Part shown: piece after piece, positions 51,481 through 64,000 of the stretch | How positions within the stretch are numbered: the stretch's first letter is position 1 | Layout of the letters: each line of letters opens with the position of its first letter | Assembly: GCF_006345805.1 (NCBI RefSeq) | Contig: NC_043006.1 | Location: 93,000,001 to 93,064,000, forward strand | Length of the DNA: 64,000 nucleotides | Source of the DNA: Octopus sinensis | Taxonomy: Eukaryota | Direction: 5' to 3' | The notes under the pieces: generated by a model | The model's input: the letters and a program-made list of their open reading frames with translations, nothing else | The model's database searches: none | Told to the model about the DNA's origin: nothing | Program-made: the position numbers and the translations under genes

Positions 51481-52937
51481 GAAATCAGAATAACTACAAT
51501 TCTGAGAAATTGAGGAATGCAGGTGAATGTTTAACAAGAGCAGCTGTAAGTTATCTTAACATAACTATTATGTATTTTGATACCTTTCTGTTTATTTCAT
51601 TCTCGAAAGCAGAATTCCAAACGGATCAAACCCAAGTGAATCTATCAAATCTATAAATCTCTTCTGACAAATATATGTAGAATTAAAGTATTTGCAAAAA
51701 TCCATATATATCTCTAAAAGCTTAATGTCTTTTCTTCTTCAAATATATACGGCAGTTTAAGAGTGCGTTTTAGTAACACAATTGCTGTTGAACGTGATAG
51801 AACGAAATAGACAGATTTTTTTTAATATACAGAGACTGATAGACTAGTGCTGTTAATACTATTTTATTGATGTATCTACTGAAGATATATGCAAAGCTCA
51901 AACTTCTATTAAGAGTCCTGATTAAATATAGTCGATGTGCAAGAGAAAAAGTATAACAGAAAAACTATACAATGAGAAATAGATATAATGAATACCTTTA
52001 TTAGTAATATTTTCCTGTGAACAAATATTCCATTAAGATACAAGATGCTTTTACATTAATAAGTCACATAAAGCATTTTCACGCGTCGGAATATAAATAA
52101 TGATATCAAATATTTATGAAAATATCTAGTTATAATAATATTCTATTACAAACCTTATATTAATGCATTATCACAAGAAGGAATTTTGTTTCAATATAGT
52201 TGGAACTTACATCAAATAGTATTTTAATCTTTGATAATGTGGATGTTATTAATTTGAATCGTGTCGACGTATATTCGACTGCAATCCATTGGCCAATTCC
52301 TCCTTAATTCCTCGATACTCTATGTCTAACTTTTCATTGCGAGTTGCAAAACGATATTGAGTTTTGAGGAAGTTTTGATTGTTATTCCTAGCAGTTGATA
52401 AGCCATTCCTTCATTATTTCAGTTTGCCTTGTTTTGCTTTGTTTTTATTGCAGCCAGTAGGCAAATGTTGTCTGGTAATTGTCCTGAATTTTCACGTTCT
52501 GTGTACTTAGAGATGATAGGAATGAAACTTGAACATATCTATAAAAAAAAGATCCATCATGTTTGGCAATCCAAGGAGGTTCCGCTAAATTCTCGAAAGT
52601 TGGAAAGAGAACATCACCTTAGTTTACTGAAAGTGAACAACTGGTACATTGGTGACACCTCCAGTAACAAACTGAGCATGTTACATATGGAAATAATGCC
52701 AATAAAATTAAGAAAATGCCAATAGGTCACTTGTAAGCAAAAGTGCCATAGAATACTTGGTTATGGATTATCATTTTAGATTTTCGGTCATTGCACTGAT
52801 GCCATCCTAGGAAAACTTTGTCAATGGTTTTACACAATCAGACCACGCCAAGTATTTATTTCTTGCTTGTAATAGATTTAACAAATCGTTAAATTACGAT
52901 TTGGGGTACAAATTGTTCCTTCTCGAGCCACACCTGC

Positions 52938-53211
52938 TTCATAGGGCTGGTTTCCCGGTTTCCTTGGCGTATAGGTTCCCCACCTGGACGGGACGCCGGT
53001 CCGTCGCCGGTGAGCTGCTAGATGCAGGATGAAAGAATGAGAGAAAGTTGTTGTGAAAGAGTCAACAGAAGTTCGCCATTACCTTCTGCCGGAGCCGTGT
53101 GGAGCTTAGGTGTTTCGCCCATAAACACACATATCACTCGGTCTGAGATTCGAACCCGCGATCCCTCGATCACGAGTCCGCTGCTCTAAACACTAGGCCA
53201 TGTGCCTCCAC
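52938..53211 (-). mobile_element. Full-length tRNA-derived SINE (another family)
   Basis: Head GTGGAGGCACATGGCCTAGTG (A box), GGGTTCGAATCTC (B box); tail GGCGTCCCGTCCAGG...GGAAACCGGGAAACC. Confidence 0.85.
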
Positions 53212-55827
53212 TTGGAAGTACAAATGCCAAAATGTTAATAATTTGCAGTTCGATATAAAATGATCACATTGTAACAGGATTCTAAAAGGGAAAACCTGGG
53301 GTCTCTTCATTTATAATGGCTGCCGTGACAAGGGCAATCCGATTGGGAACAAAAACCTTTCAGATATTAGTCTAAAGATGTCTCTAATCAGTACCCACCG
53401 CATCTATATGTCAGTAGTAAATATTAATCATTTCTTAATTAACCTCAGAACAAAATCATTCATTACACTGAGTAGAAGCATTTTCAGTTATTCTGATGCC
53501 AATTTCTGAATGCTTACAGTAATTTTGACTCAACAGTATTCAAAGAGACGTTGTTGTTATGTAACCGCTTCATGACATTTTCGAAATCGCCTTTGCTCAA
53601 CGACAAAACTTATATCATGCTGCTACTTCACTGATGTTTATGTATACCCAATGCACGAGAACTTTACACGTGTCATATTATACAAAGACGCAGGTGATGT
53701 TTATTATGGCTTTTGTTTATGCCCAGGCACAGAGGAACCAACTTTTAATACGTAATGCACATTTAAATACATAAACTATCTACTTCTTTCGTTTTCGATG
53801 ACATTGCTAAAGAAAGTGATAGAGATTTGTGATTTCTAACTGGTAGAACAAACGGAGACTTCTTCGTTAGCTTGTTAGTGACAACTTAATCACGTTAGTA
53901 AAGTTAGAATATAGAAAACAGCAGCGAACAATGGATTACACAATGGCGGTGCTACAACAGAGATTACAGAATGCTCGTTAAAAGTACCACAGAAAGGTAG
54001 TTTTTAATAAGAAAATTATGTATTACTGGATGAAACGAGAGCATTATTGTTGTTTTGTAGTTCGTGATGTTGCTGCTCACACCATTATTGGTATGATTTA
54101 GTTTCAAGTAGGCCATGACCGAGGAATATGTAATTAAATGCATTTCATACTTTCTTTTTTTTTCAGAAGTAAGGACTACTGAGTGCATTGATTAATGTAA
54201 TTGTTTTGAAACACGAAGTGTTGCGGCAGATTTGGCTGCTAAGTCAAGTAAGCCGAGAACCATTGGCGACGTTTCTTCTTGTTTACTCTTAGAGAGTGTG
54301 GATCTGATGATTGGCTGCCTGTCTGTCAAAAGCTTTTGTTCAGGTCACTGAAGAGTATTTCTTTTGCAGAAAAAGTGAAAAGAACGGGATACAACTGCTA
54401 AATAACGATGGACAATAGCACTTTTATTTCAGCCATCAAAGAGAAAAAATAGTCCTAGGGAGATGCAAACCTTCCTTTTGTTTGTTTGTGATTGAATCGT
54501 GTTATGGTTGATTTAGTTTCTTACTAATTTGACACTCAGAAGGCGTTTCCATGTGTACAGAGAGAAAGTTAGAAAAGTTTGTCGAGGGGAGAAGGTAGAT
54601 TTTAAGCGCTGTATTTAAAGATATAAAATGTGTCCTTGGAAAGAAAGATGGGAACCACTTGAACATTTCACCAATCTGTGTATCTGATAAGGTTGCAGTA
54701 ATTGTTGAGGGAAGATATTGCGAAATATATTGTTGCGTTTTGACAGCATGAACTTGTAAGCAATAACCAGCAACCACAATACTTTTTTAAAATCCCATTC
54801 TTCCCACAAAATAGAGGACAGAATGACGATTCCGTAGAGCTAAAAGAGACAAGATTATGTTTGATTTAGTAAAGGGATGCCTTATCTTGTAACAAGTGCA
54901 GACGGAAATGAGTTATTGAATGAAGAAACCTGGAAATTCGTGTTGTTTGGGGGGAAAATTCAATAGCTTACGGAGAAAAGGTTGTTGATTAAGGGAAAGC
55001 TGATGTGGTAGCTGTTCTAATATTTAGAAATAATAAACAGAAGCGCAAGTTCTTTGGTAAAGAATATGGAGAAAAGCAACAGATGGAAGGGAGCAATACG
55101 AATGGGTAAGGAAGCGATGCAGCGAAACTTAAACTGTATCAGTTTGTATACTGTCAATTTGGGCAGATATCAGTAAACATGTTTTGTTCATTAGAATCGC
55201 AATATAACTTAGCCCTATTACTCAAGGACATGAAAAGTATTTAGCTGAACAAGAACTGGGGCGAAAATGTTCCAAAAGGGCCACGTTTAATTCGTTTAAC
55301 GTCCATAGAGAAGGAAAATATTCTGCAGATAATCAAAAACGCATTAGATTATGACTAATTAAAGGGGGTATTCCAATTTCTGTGGTTGTTTCGTTTTTGG
55401 CTTGTTTTTTACTCAGTCTTATTCACTGATAAGGGCTGTGGGCAGGAAATAAACTTGTTGTCTCCAGACTGGAGATCTGACCCAAGTTCTTGCAAAATAG
55501 TTGACTTTACTGAAGGCATCCAAGTACCATGTGGAGATTTTCAGCTGGATAAATCTATGCACCAGATAACTAAATGATTTCGAGGACCGAATGAATAATA
55601 AAATGATGAACATTGGAAATAAATATGAAAAAGGATTTAAGAATTGAAAGCAAAAAGTGTGAAAGTAAATTAGGTATGCAAACATGGTTTCAGAAATTCG
55701 ATAAGAAAACAAATTGCTTTATTATTAATGTATTTAAGCAGATAGTAAGTTGGCGGTAACATTGAGCATCGAACATAATTCCGAATGTTATTTCTTTCTC
55801 CTTTTTATGTTAAATTTATCTACCATC

Positions 55828-55893
55828 GTGGCCAGCTTTGCCTTTCATCCATTCGAAGTATAAAAATTAAAGTACCAGTGAAGTACTGGGTCG
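55828..55893 (+). mobile_element. SINE central-domain fragment
   Basis: CTTTGCCTTTCATCCATTCG...AAAGTACCAGTGAAGTACTGGGTCG. Confidence 0.7.
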
Positions 55894-56769
55894 TTTCATT
55901 CCTCTAATCTCCCTCCTTAATAATTACGACATTAGTGATTTTTTTAGTCATGGGAGTGAAATTGAACATACCGTCACAGTGTTAAGCATGTTTAAAGTAT
56001 TGTACCCCACATATTAAATTAACAATTGAAGCACACATCTAGTGATGTTTTCCTGTAACACATTCAGTCGAAATGAATGTTATTTTGTTTTCCTTCAGTT
56101 TCATGTGAAAACTAAGTTATACTTCATGAAACTTAACATGAAGAATATATTACTGGCCTTCGGCAAACAACTACCCTGCACCAGCAATTGTTAATGGCAA
56201 TATTCATAGAAATATATTTAAGACAGGAATAAAGAAATATAGAAATGCAGGCAGCATATATAAACTGAACAAAACATTCAGAATGGAATTGCGAACTATT
56301 TAAGGAACAATGGTTCCAAGTCACGATTCACAGAATTGTGTTTTGTTTTGCTTCCATTCACTGATAGAATCTGCATATCGGGCAACAGAGAAAAAAATAG
56401 GGAAGATATGATTCATATGTCATAAAAATACTAAAAAAAGACATTTAACAGATCTAGTTCCATTCATTCATGTAGATTTTAGAACGACACATTTATTCTT
56501 CAAATAGCAAAATATACATTTGATGTCAAATTCCATACATATCTCAATTTATATTTTGCTATAGTTAGGAATGAGCATAAAACTATTCCTTATACCAACT
56601 CATTCCCGACGTGAATTCATTTAGTTGCAACTGTTATCATGTGCATGACTATAGTTATCTATTTTGCAGAAATTGCGGAGAATGTGCGCCATTGTTATTT
56701 TTAACTTAAATGTATTGTTTCTATCTGAAAACGTTATATAGAAATGATATCCTATCGATAATAAATATA

Positions 56770-56854
56770 ATAAAGATATATATGATATCTATGTATACAT
56801 ACATATAATATATATGTATATGTATATATATATATGCATGTATGTATTTATATG

Positions 56855-56910
<56 letters not shown>

Positions 56911-57225
56911 TGTGCATATATGTATATATGTATTTATTTATATGTATATATGTATATATATGTATATATATATATGTATATATATGTGTGTATGTATATA
57001 TATATATAGATATATATATGTATATATATATGTATGTATATATATATGTTTTATATATATGTAAGCGTATATATATAATATATATATATATAATATATGT
57101 ATGTATGTGTTTATATATATATATGTATGTATGTATATATGTATGTATGTATGTATATATATATATATATATATGTATGTATATACGTATGTATGTATGT
57201 ATGTTTGTATGTATGTATGTATGCT
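56770..57225. repeat. Compound degenerate (TA/TG/ATGT) microsatellite
   Basis: Direct reading. Confidence 0.9.
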
Positions 57226-57853
57226 TTGGTATATTTCCATTCGCTGTTATTTTCTGTAGTGAATCATGATTCTACTATAATGAATATTTTTTTTAGTTTC
57301 ATTTCTTTTGTACATTTACCACGACGCTGAATGAAATATAAAATATATTGTAAAGCTTCCTTATTTCTCTAGTTTGGTTTTATATGATTCATGTCTGAAT
57401 GGTGTCAGTAGAAGAAAGGTTAATGAAAACATACTGAACAGCACAGCAACGAACTAAATATCAAATATGAGTTACGGTTTGCTGTATTACTGAATTTCAT
57501 CAAGGGGTCGTAAACACTCTTCAGTTATCATTTATTTATACCACCATGCATCATACTATGAATTACGAAAAATATTCTTTAAACCTCTGCATACAAAATG
57601 TATTATAGCAGAATAGGGCATCGTACTTAAGAGCTAGTTGAGCCGGGTTCAGAACTCGTCTAGAAATTGCGATGATATAGCAGAGTTATGATTTTCATAA
57701 ATCCACATGAATGAGTAAAAACATGCATAAAGAGAAAAACTTTATTTACATTTCCAGATCTATTGTAAACAGTCTGCTCTCGGATTTTAATATAAGGTAT
57801 GAAACGCCCACAATTGAAAGTTTCCGTAAATGTTTAGTATCCGTTATCATTAC

Positions 57854-57943
57854 CAGGTCGTGGTTTTGGAGTGATATCCGAGCTTCTCTAAGTAAACTTG
57901 CAAACCTGATGCGAACTTGTTTTGAAGAAAGTTGTGTAGAAAT
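57854..57943 (-). CDS. Candidate 90 nt internal exon of an unidentified gene
   Basis: Acceptor TTTTCCTACACAG, donor CTG|GTAATG, length divisible by 3, two open frames (ISTQLSSKQVRIRFASLLREARISLQNHDL or FLHNFLQNKFASGLQVYLEKLGYHSKTTT). Confidence 0.35.
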
Positions 57944-58846
57944 CTGTGTAGGAAAACGCAATTACAATAATAAAGGTACTTCATCAAAGGTGTGCAGTGT
58001 TTCCGCTGATTACATCAATCTTGCGCTTTGATGACCCACACCCAATAAGTAGAGTATATAATCCGTATGGCCCGTAGAAAACTCAGTCAACTTAAGTTCG
58101 CGACATGAACTTTCAATAAAGTTTGTATTGTTATTGAATTCTAGTGTAGGTAATCATCGACTATGAGAAAAGCTAGTTGGATTTTTGACTGTTAAATTGT
58201 AGTTAAAATGGTGTCGAAAGAGAGAAAGAGGATGCTTTTTAATCATATGCTTTATTTTACCCAATTATCTATGTTTTCTACAAAGTTTAAACTGACCTCA
58301 AAAGTTATTTTCCTACATGTACTATCCGCAGTCCGAACACGTCCTTTTTCGTTTGTGTAATTTTATATATGTCTTCAAATAATCCAATCAAAGAGCCTAA
58401 AGGCTTTCTATATAACCATTCTGTCTAGACATTATCTTTCTTTTTCCTTTTTCTCTTCACTTTTGTCTTTTCACTTCTCCTTTTCTGTACATCCTTTTCT
58501 CTCATTTATACCTCGGCAGCTTCTTGCTTTTGTCATCGCCAAATTCAACAATACCTTCAATAAAGCGTGGAAATTGTGCTGTCTTGGGGTCTGTAACTGT
58601 TGATGGATGGGCGTTTTCACGTCCATTGACTGCTTCTTTCTTGTTTCCGTATGTTCCTTTGCCGTCTTCCTCTGCTATATTTTATTTGTACAAACATGTG
58701 TGTGTGTGAACTATGTGTGTGCGTGTGTGTGTTTGTGAGCTATGTGTGTGTGTGGTGTGTGTGTATGTGTGTGTGTGTATGGGAGTCGTGTTAATTTCTT
58801 CATAACGTGTAACTGATGAGGTGTAAGCTCATTATGCCTCTTACAA

Positions 58847-59052
58847 AGGTGGCGATCTGACAGAACAGTTAGCACGCCAAGAAAGATGCGTAGCGGCATT
58901 TCGTCCGTCTTTGATTCTGAGTTCCAATCCTGCGGAGATCTACTTTGCCTTTCATCCTTCCGTGGTCAATAAAAGTACCAGTTGAGCACTGGTGTCACTA
59001 TAATTGACTTAAGCCCTCTCACGAACTTGATGGCCTTGTACCGAACTTTTGA
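58847..59052 (+). mobile_element. SINE (Nin/Deu-like domain family)
   Basis: AGGTGGCGATCTGACAGAACAGTTAGCACGCC...CTTTGCCTTTCATCCTTCCGTGGTC...GTACCAGTTGAGCACTGG. Confidence 0.85.
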
Positions 59053-59833
59053 ATTATTATTCCTCTCACAATATGGTAGCGCAGATTGGTGTTTTCTTGA
59101 AGGTGTGTTTTCCATCTCGGTTGCTTAAATTTAGTAGTTCATTTCCAGGAATACTACATATGCCTGCCTGGTGTTCTTTAAGCAGCAGTGCATATGAGAG
59201 TATCGACATTCCTGTAATGAACATCACATGATTCCAGCGACATCGTCCATAACTAACAACATTAAAGCTGTCGGAAATTTTCTCTTGTAATTTTAATTAT
59301 TAAACTTCTTCCCTTGAGGAAGGAGCTGGTTTCTAACAATGATACAAAGCTCCATCATTGACACATAGATAACCAAAACAATGTCACATTTTAAACTTGA
59401 GAAACCTCTTGTATAACTTTACAGTTCCACTTGCAGATTCTGTTTTGTATTGTGCGAGTTAGTTAACTGATTCCTGTATCTGAAAATTTCACTTCATCTA
59501 GATTACCATTGAAATATTTTCTGACAAAACCAAGAGTATCAATTATTTTTGATATAAATGTTTACATATGTCTGTCTCTTCTATATTTTACTTATCATAA
59601 ATCGTCCACTGAGGAGAGAGCCGGTTTCCAACAAAGATACAAGACTCCATCTTTTGGGATGTAGTTAAAACAAATTCACATTTGGAACTTCAGAAAAGTC
59701 TTGCATAGTTTTACTGCTCCACCCACAGATTGCACTTGTAAGGTACGAAACAGCTGGTCTCTCTTTCTGAAAATCCCAGTTTATCCAGATTTTCCGTTAG
59801 GCATTTAGTAACAAAATCTAGTGCTCCAACTTA

Positions 59834-61400
59834 CACTGGTCAACAAGATTTTTGGTGCCAAGAAACGAAATACGTTATTTAACATATTTGAAAGGTGCTG
59901 ATTCCGAAAATGACTTGTTTTTCATGGTTAGCTACTGTTTTTGATCTACTTAAATTGCTCATTTTGGAAGATAGATCAATTTACGATCTTGGCTGATCAT
60001 AAAATGTAGTAAAAAAAATGTAGTAGAAACACATGAATTTTCAGGTAGGCCGATCAATTTATGTCATCTGCCTGGAATAAACTATTATTATAAGAAAAAA
60101 AAGGATTTTTGAGTCGAAACTTTTAAAATAGAAGTACCGAATTTTTCCAATTGCCAAAATTTAAATTAGCTGATAAACTTTCAGAAATTCACTTTAAAAA
60201 CCTGATAATTAAAGTGACATAAAAAAATTGTAACTCTAAAATCTTCTGTATGATATTCATAAATTTATCCCATCACTTTTATCCCTTCAATATGAAAGGA
60301 AACCAAGCACATAAAGAGCTTTTGTTTTCACAGTTGGAAAAAAACTCCAACTAAAAACAACCCAATTGAATGCACCGATTCCATTGTACATGATGAACAT
60401 CATGAAAATGGTTTCGCCAAAGCATCTGCCCTCCACGCGGGATTACGAAGATACGGAATAGAAGCAGCCTAACAACTCTTTCTGTCTGTTGTTATTGACA
60501 TTTTTGACGAGTCTTTGCGTAGGAAATATCAAATTACCTAAATGTGAACATGCAAAGTGTAATGGAAACGCTCAACCAACTCATGTTCGTTCTTAATCAT
60601 AGAGATATGAAATGACATGGCTTCAACGAGAGGATGCAAAAATGATCCCAAATTATTTTGCTGTACATGCGGCGAGTTCACACCGAAAGCCAACAGGAAA
60701 CTGATATCTGACTTTTACAAGAAAGCCTATCGTGCTTACTTTCACGTCGATATTGGTGATCAGGACAAACCATGGGCGAATTCACATTGTTTGCAAGACA
60801 TGTTTGGAACACATGCGACTGTGGACTTCAGGAACCCGAAAATCACTGAGATTCGTTATTCCTATGATGTGCCGTGAGTCAAAGAACCACTCTGACGAAT
60901 GCTACTTCTGCTCAGTCAGTGTTGCGGGACTGAGCCAAAAGAAACGCAGATCTATCGACTATCCCAGTCTTTATTCCGCTATTCGACCAGTGCCGCATTC
61001 AGATGATTTGCCAATCCCTGTTTTTCACGGAACTTGTAGAAAGTGACGAGTCTTATACTGATGTAAATGGGAGACACAGCGAAAAGGATCCTGACTATGT
61101 TACCTAAAACATGCCAGAGCCGTTTAACCAAATTGAGCTGAATGGCTTGGTTCGAGACTTAAATCTAAGCAAAGAATCAGCAGAACTTTTTGCCTCTAGT
61201 CTCAACGAAAAACACGTGTTAGCAAAAGGCACAAAGGTAACATTCTATCGAAATAGGGATGCCGAATTTGTGCCATTCTTTAATGAGAACACGGATCTTG
61301 TTCATTGCAATGACGTTGAGAGCGTTCTTCTTCGCCTCGGCGTCCACAAATACTATCCTGATGAATGGAGATTGTTCATTGGTAGTTCAAAACGTATGTG
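59834..61400 (+). mobile_element. 5' portion of a Chapaev3-like (CMC) DNA transposon with decayed transposase
   Basis: TTA|CACTGGTCAACAA left end. Transposase from 60617: CKNDPKLFCCTCGEF...DQDKPWA/HIVCKTC...DECYFC...IRPVPHS, ELNGLVRDLNLSK, EWRLFIGSSKR. The family name is from recall of these motifs. Confidence 0.7.
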
Positions 61401-62062
61401 TTTTGCTCCCTAATACCCAGGTACTTTCAGTTTCTTGAGTGTGAGTTCCCTCTGTTATGAAAACACTTATAGAACACGTGGTAGTTACACTGCTTGCGCG
61501 CATGCGCAGTGTCTTAGGTTACTATGGAAACAGAGTTCTTCGCCACGGTGAAGTGTAAAACACTCGCTTCTGAGTGGCTAAAATACCCAAATTTTGAAAT
61601 TTTAAAGGCTAATAACATTTTAATTACGGGTTTATAGGGAAAATGAACTTTATTTTCATAATTAGTGTATAAAACGTAATCCATGCACGAAATTTAAAAA
61701 CAATTGGAACAAAAGTGTAAGCAGTGACGAAAACCAAAAAGATCTGTAAACACCTTATAGTTATAACCGATCACCATCGAAATCACATATATAATCTCGT
61801 TGTCTCTCGTGTCATATGAGAACTGGGTAAAATTTATTGGCTATATTTGATGTTGTATGAGATTGTACGTGTAATTGTACAAGGGGAATAAGTGGTCTTT
61901 TTCTCAAAACATCTATCCCACTATCTTTACAAACACACACAAACACGCACACAAATGCTGACACTCACATACGCACATACATACACACATACACACTCAC
62001 ATCTTTGTAGATATCAGTATTTCACAGTATTGACCAGTCCATTAAATGAATTTCACAGCTGG

Positions 62063-62318
62063 TCATAATACGCTTCCTCAGGTTGTTGTGGCTTTCGGAC
62101 GATGCCACTCAGCTGAGCAGGAAAGCAGGCTAAGATCTCTCGGCTTCAACGGAACGCCAGTCAGTCTCAGAGTTACCAATTTACAGCTGAAGAGAAGGCA
62201 GTGGAATCATGTGAAATAAAGTGTTTTCCCGAGAATACAACGCACTGACGTTCCAGGAACTGAAACCACCATTTCGCGATCGTGAATGCAACTAAACATT
62301 GGGACACGTGCCTTCCCA
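62063..62318 (-). mobile_element. Diverged tRNA SINE (family of 5281-5584)
   Basis: GTGAAATAAAGTGTTTTCCCGAGAATACAACGCAC...CCAGGAACTGAAACCAC...GTGCCTTCCCAC. Confidence 0.6.
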
Positions 62319-62394
62319 CACACACTCACAAACATACACAAAGAGACTTATACGCATACAGGCACACACATACCTACACATACATGTATATAAG

Positions 62395-62428
<34 letters not shown>

Positions 62429-62440
62429 TGTGTGTGTGTG

Positions 62441-62473
<33 letters not shown>

Positions 62474-63145
62474 TGTGTGTGTAGTGAGAGGTGCCAATAA
62501 AATATATTTTACCAACTTGCATTTCTCCCTGAAACAATCTTAAAGACTCATATTTTGCCGATTCCTTTAAATCCACCCCAACCTGCTTGTCATTCATTCT
62601 AACAGTCGTGTCCATTTTTTTTATTTACTTATTCATTTATCTCTCTCTACCCATAATCGCTAGTAATTCCAAATTTCCTCATCTGCTATATCTCTACTGA
62701 ATAGTTCCTATCGGATTCTTCCATTGTATTCTAATACCCATCCTGCTTCATTCTTTCCAATTCATTTCCTCTCCCTCATCCTACCCTCTTCCTACCCCCT
62801 CATTCTTCCTCTTTACTTTGTCTTTTCCATATTTTTCCTGTTTTATTCTTTTCATTTATTTTCTCTCCTTTCTTTTATTTTGGGTCTTTCTTCTTCCTTT
62901 CCTCTCGTTTATTTTTCCTCTTTTTTCTATATATTGTTTTTTTCATTTTCTGTACAATCTCTCCATCACAAGACCCTAGAGCAAGAAAACTATTTATAGA
63001 TGTGCAAATTCCATCCATTTTCAGTCATATCTTGCCAGGAAATCCTGTGCACCTACAGGTGAAACCTGGAGAATGTAAGAAACAAGAGACTGATTCGATG
63101 AAAATAATGCACGTAACACACACACACACACACAAATATGTATAT

Positions 63146-63179
<34 letters not shown>

Positions 63180-63180
<1 letters not shown>

Positions 63181-63318
63181 GGCGGCGAGCTAGCAGAATC
63201 GCTAGCACGCCGGGCGAAATGCGTAGCCGTATTTCGTCTGCCGTTACGTTTTTAATTCAAATTCCGCCGAGGTCGACTTTGCCTTTCATCATTTCGGAGT
63301 CGATTAAATAAGTATCAC
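63180..63318 (+). mobile_element. SINE (Nin/Deu-like domain family), 3'-truncated
   Basis: AGGCGGCGAGCTAGCAGAATCGCTAGCACGCCGGGCGAAATG...GTCGACTTTGCCTTTCATC. Confidence 0.9.
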
Positions 63319-63379
63319 GTGCATGTCTTTTCGGAGAAAATTGACAATCTTTACTCCCTTCCCTTGGAAGTATATACTA

Positions 63380-63650
63380 ATCCATTGTAAGCTCATTGCT
63401 GATATAAATTTACAAAATAGAACTCAACCTCATACGTCTAAAACGCCCCAATTTACTCTGAAGGATCACAAGTCCAACTTCTATTCTAAGATTTCCATTA
63501 GACTCATCTGCAGCACCAAATTGGACTTAGGTAGAATTAGTAATTGCATCATTGACCGTATTCTACTTCTTGCTAGAACTAACGTTAAGCTTCCACTCTG
63601 GAATTGCGCAGGAGACGTCATCACCTGGTTTATTAAAGGTACTTAATATT
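63380..63650 (+). mobile_element. Penelope-like RT N-terminal fragment (TLKDHK-type lineage)
   Basis: FTLKDHKSNF...RLI...K.DLGRIS.CIIDRI...W....VITWF resembles the start of the RT domain in invertebrate PLEs. Confidence 0.6.
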
Positions 63651-63721
63651 TTTTGTATATCGACCTGCACAACGCCCTTATTCTTACATTTACTCTTCTA
63701 CCTGCTGAAGGTAAAATCTCT

Positions 63722-63724
63722 CTA

Positions 63725-63812
<88 letters not shown>

Positions 63813-63930
63813 CTCTTTATATATATATATGTGTGTGTGTGTGTGTGAGTGTGTGTGTGTGTATGTGAGAGTGTGTATGTGTGCGCGTGCATACTTGTGT
63901 GTGTGTGAATGTATGTGTATATGTATATTT
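63722..63930. repeat. (ATCT)n, (TA)n, (GT)n microsatellite cluster
   Basis: Direct reading. Confidence 0.9.
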
Positions 63931-64000
63931 GTATATATGAAAATCTTTTCCCTTTTACTTGTTTCAAACGCTAGATTACCGCCATGCTAGGACGCCGTCC

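Noticed and set aside
57758-57796. 39 nt + strand exon candidate (TTTCCAG|...AAG|GTATGA)
   Set aside because: Short, no supporting evidence, and adjacent to a better opposite-strand candidate; cannot be distinguished from chance.
61700-61730. CAGTG as right end of the Chapaev-like element
   Set aside because: Only 5 bp match the left terminus and no TTA target duplication follows.

Overview
AT-rich, microsatellite-dense metazoan DNA, very probably from an octopus (inferred from tRNA-derived SINEs I recognise as octopus-type and from the repeat landscape). It reads as intergenic or long-intronic. I cannot identify any host protein-coding gene; most ORFs in the track are microsatellite translations. 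The window is a layered transposon graveyard: (i) a near full-length, frameshifted R4/Dong-type RLE LINE (about 30173-34328, minus) plus four shorter fragments, nearly all sitting in (TAA)n tracts; (ii) a complete decayed mariner (22416-23695); (iii) the 5' part of a Chapaev3-like transposon (59834-about 61400); (iv) four Penelope-like (PLE) coding remnants; (v) non-autonomous Helitron/Helentron-type elements; (vi) about 20 SINE copies or fragments. The most notable signal outside the ORF track is a dispersed set of more than ten type I hammerhead ribozyme motifs of the PLE pseudo-LTR kind. One is essentially intact (2806-2861) and one lies inside a 660 bp fold-back element (20782-21445). At least six long fold-back inverted repeats are also present. 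A few splice-signal-bounded candidate exons are reported at low confidence. Coordinates were counted by hand and fuzzy repeat ends may be off by some bases.
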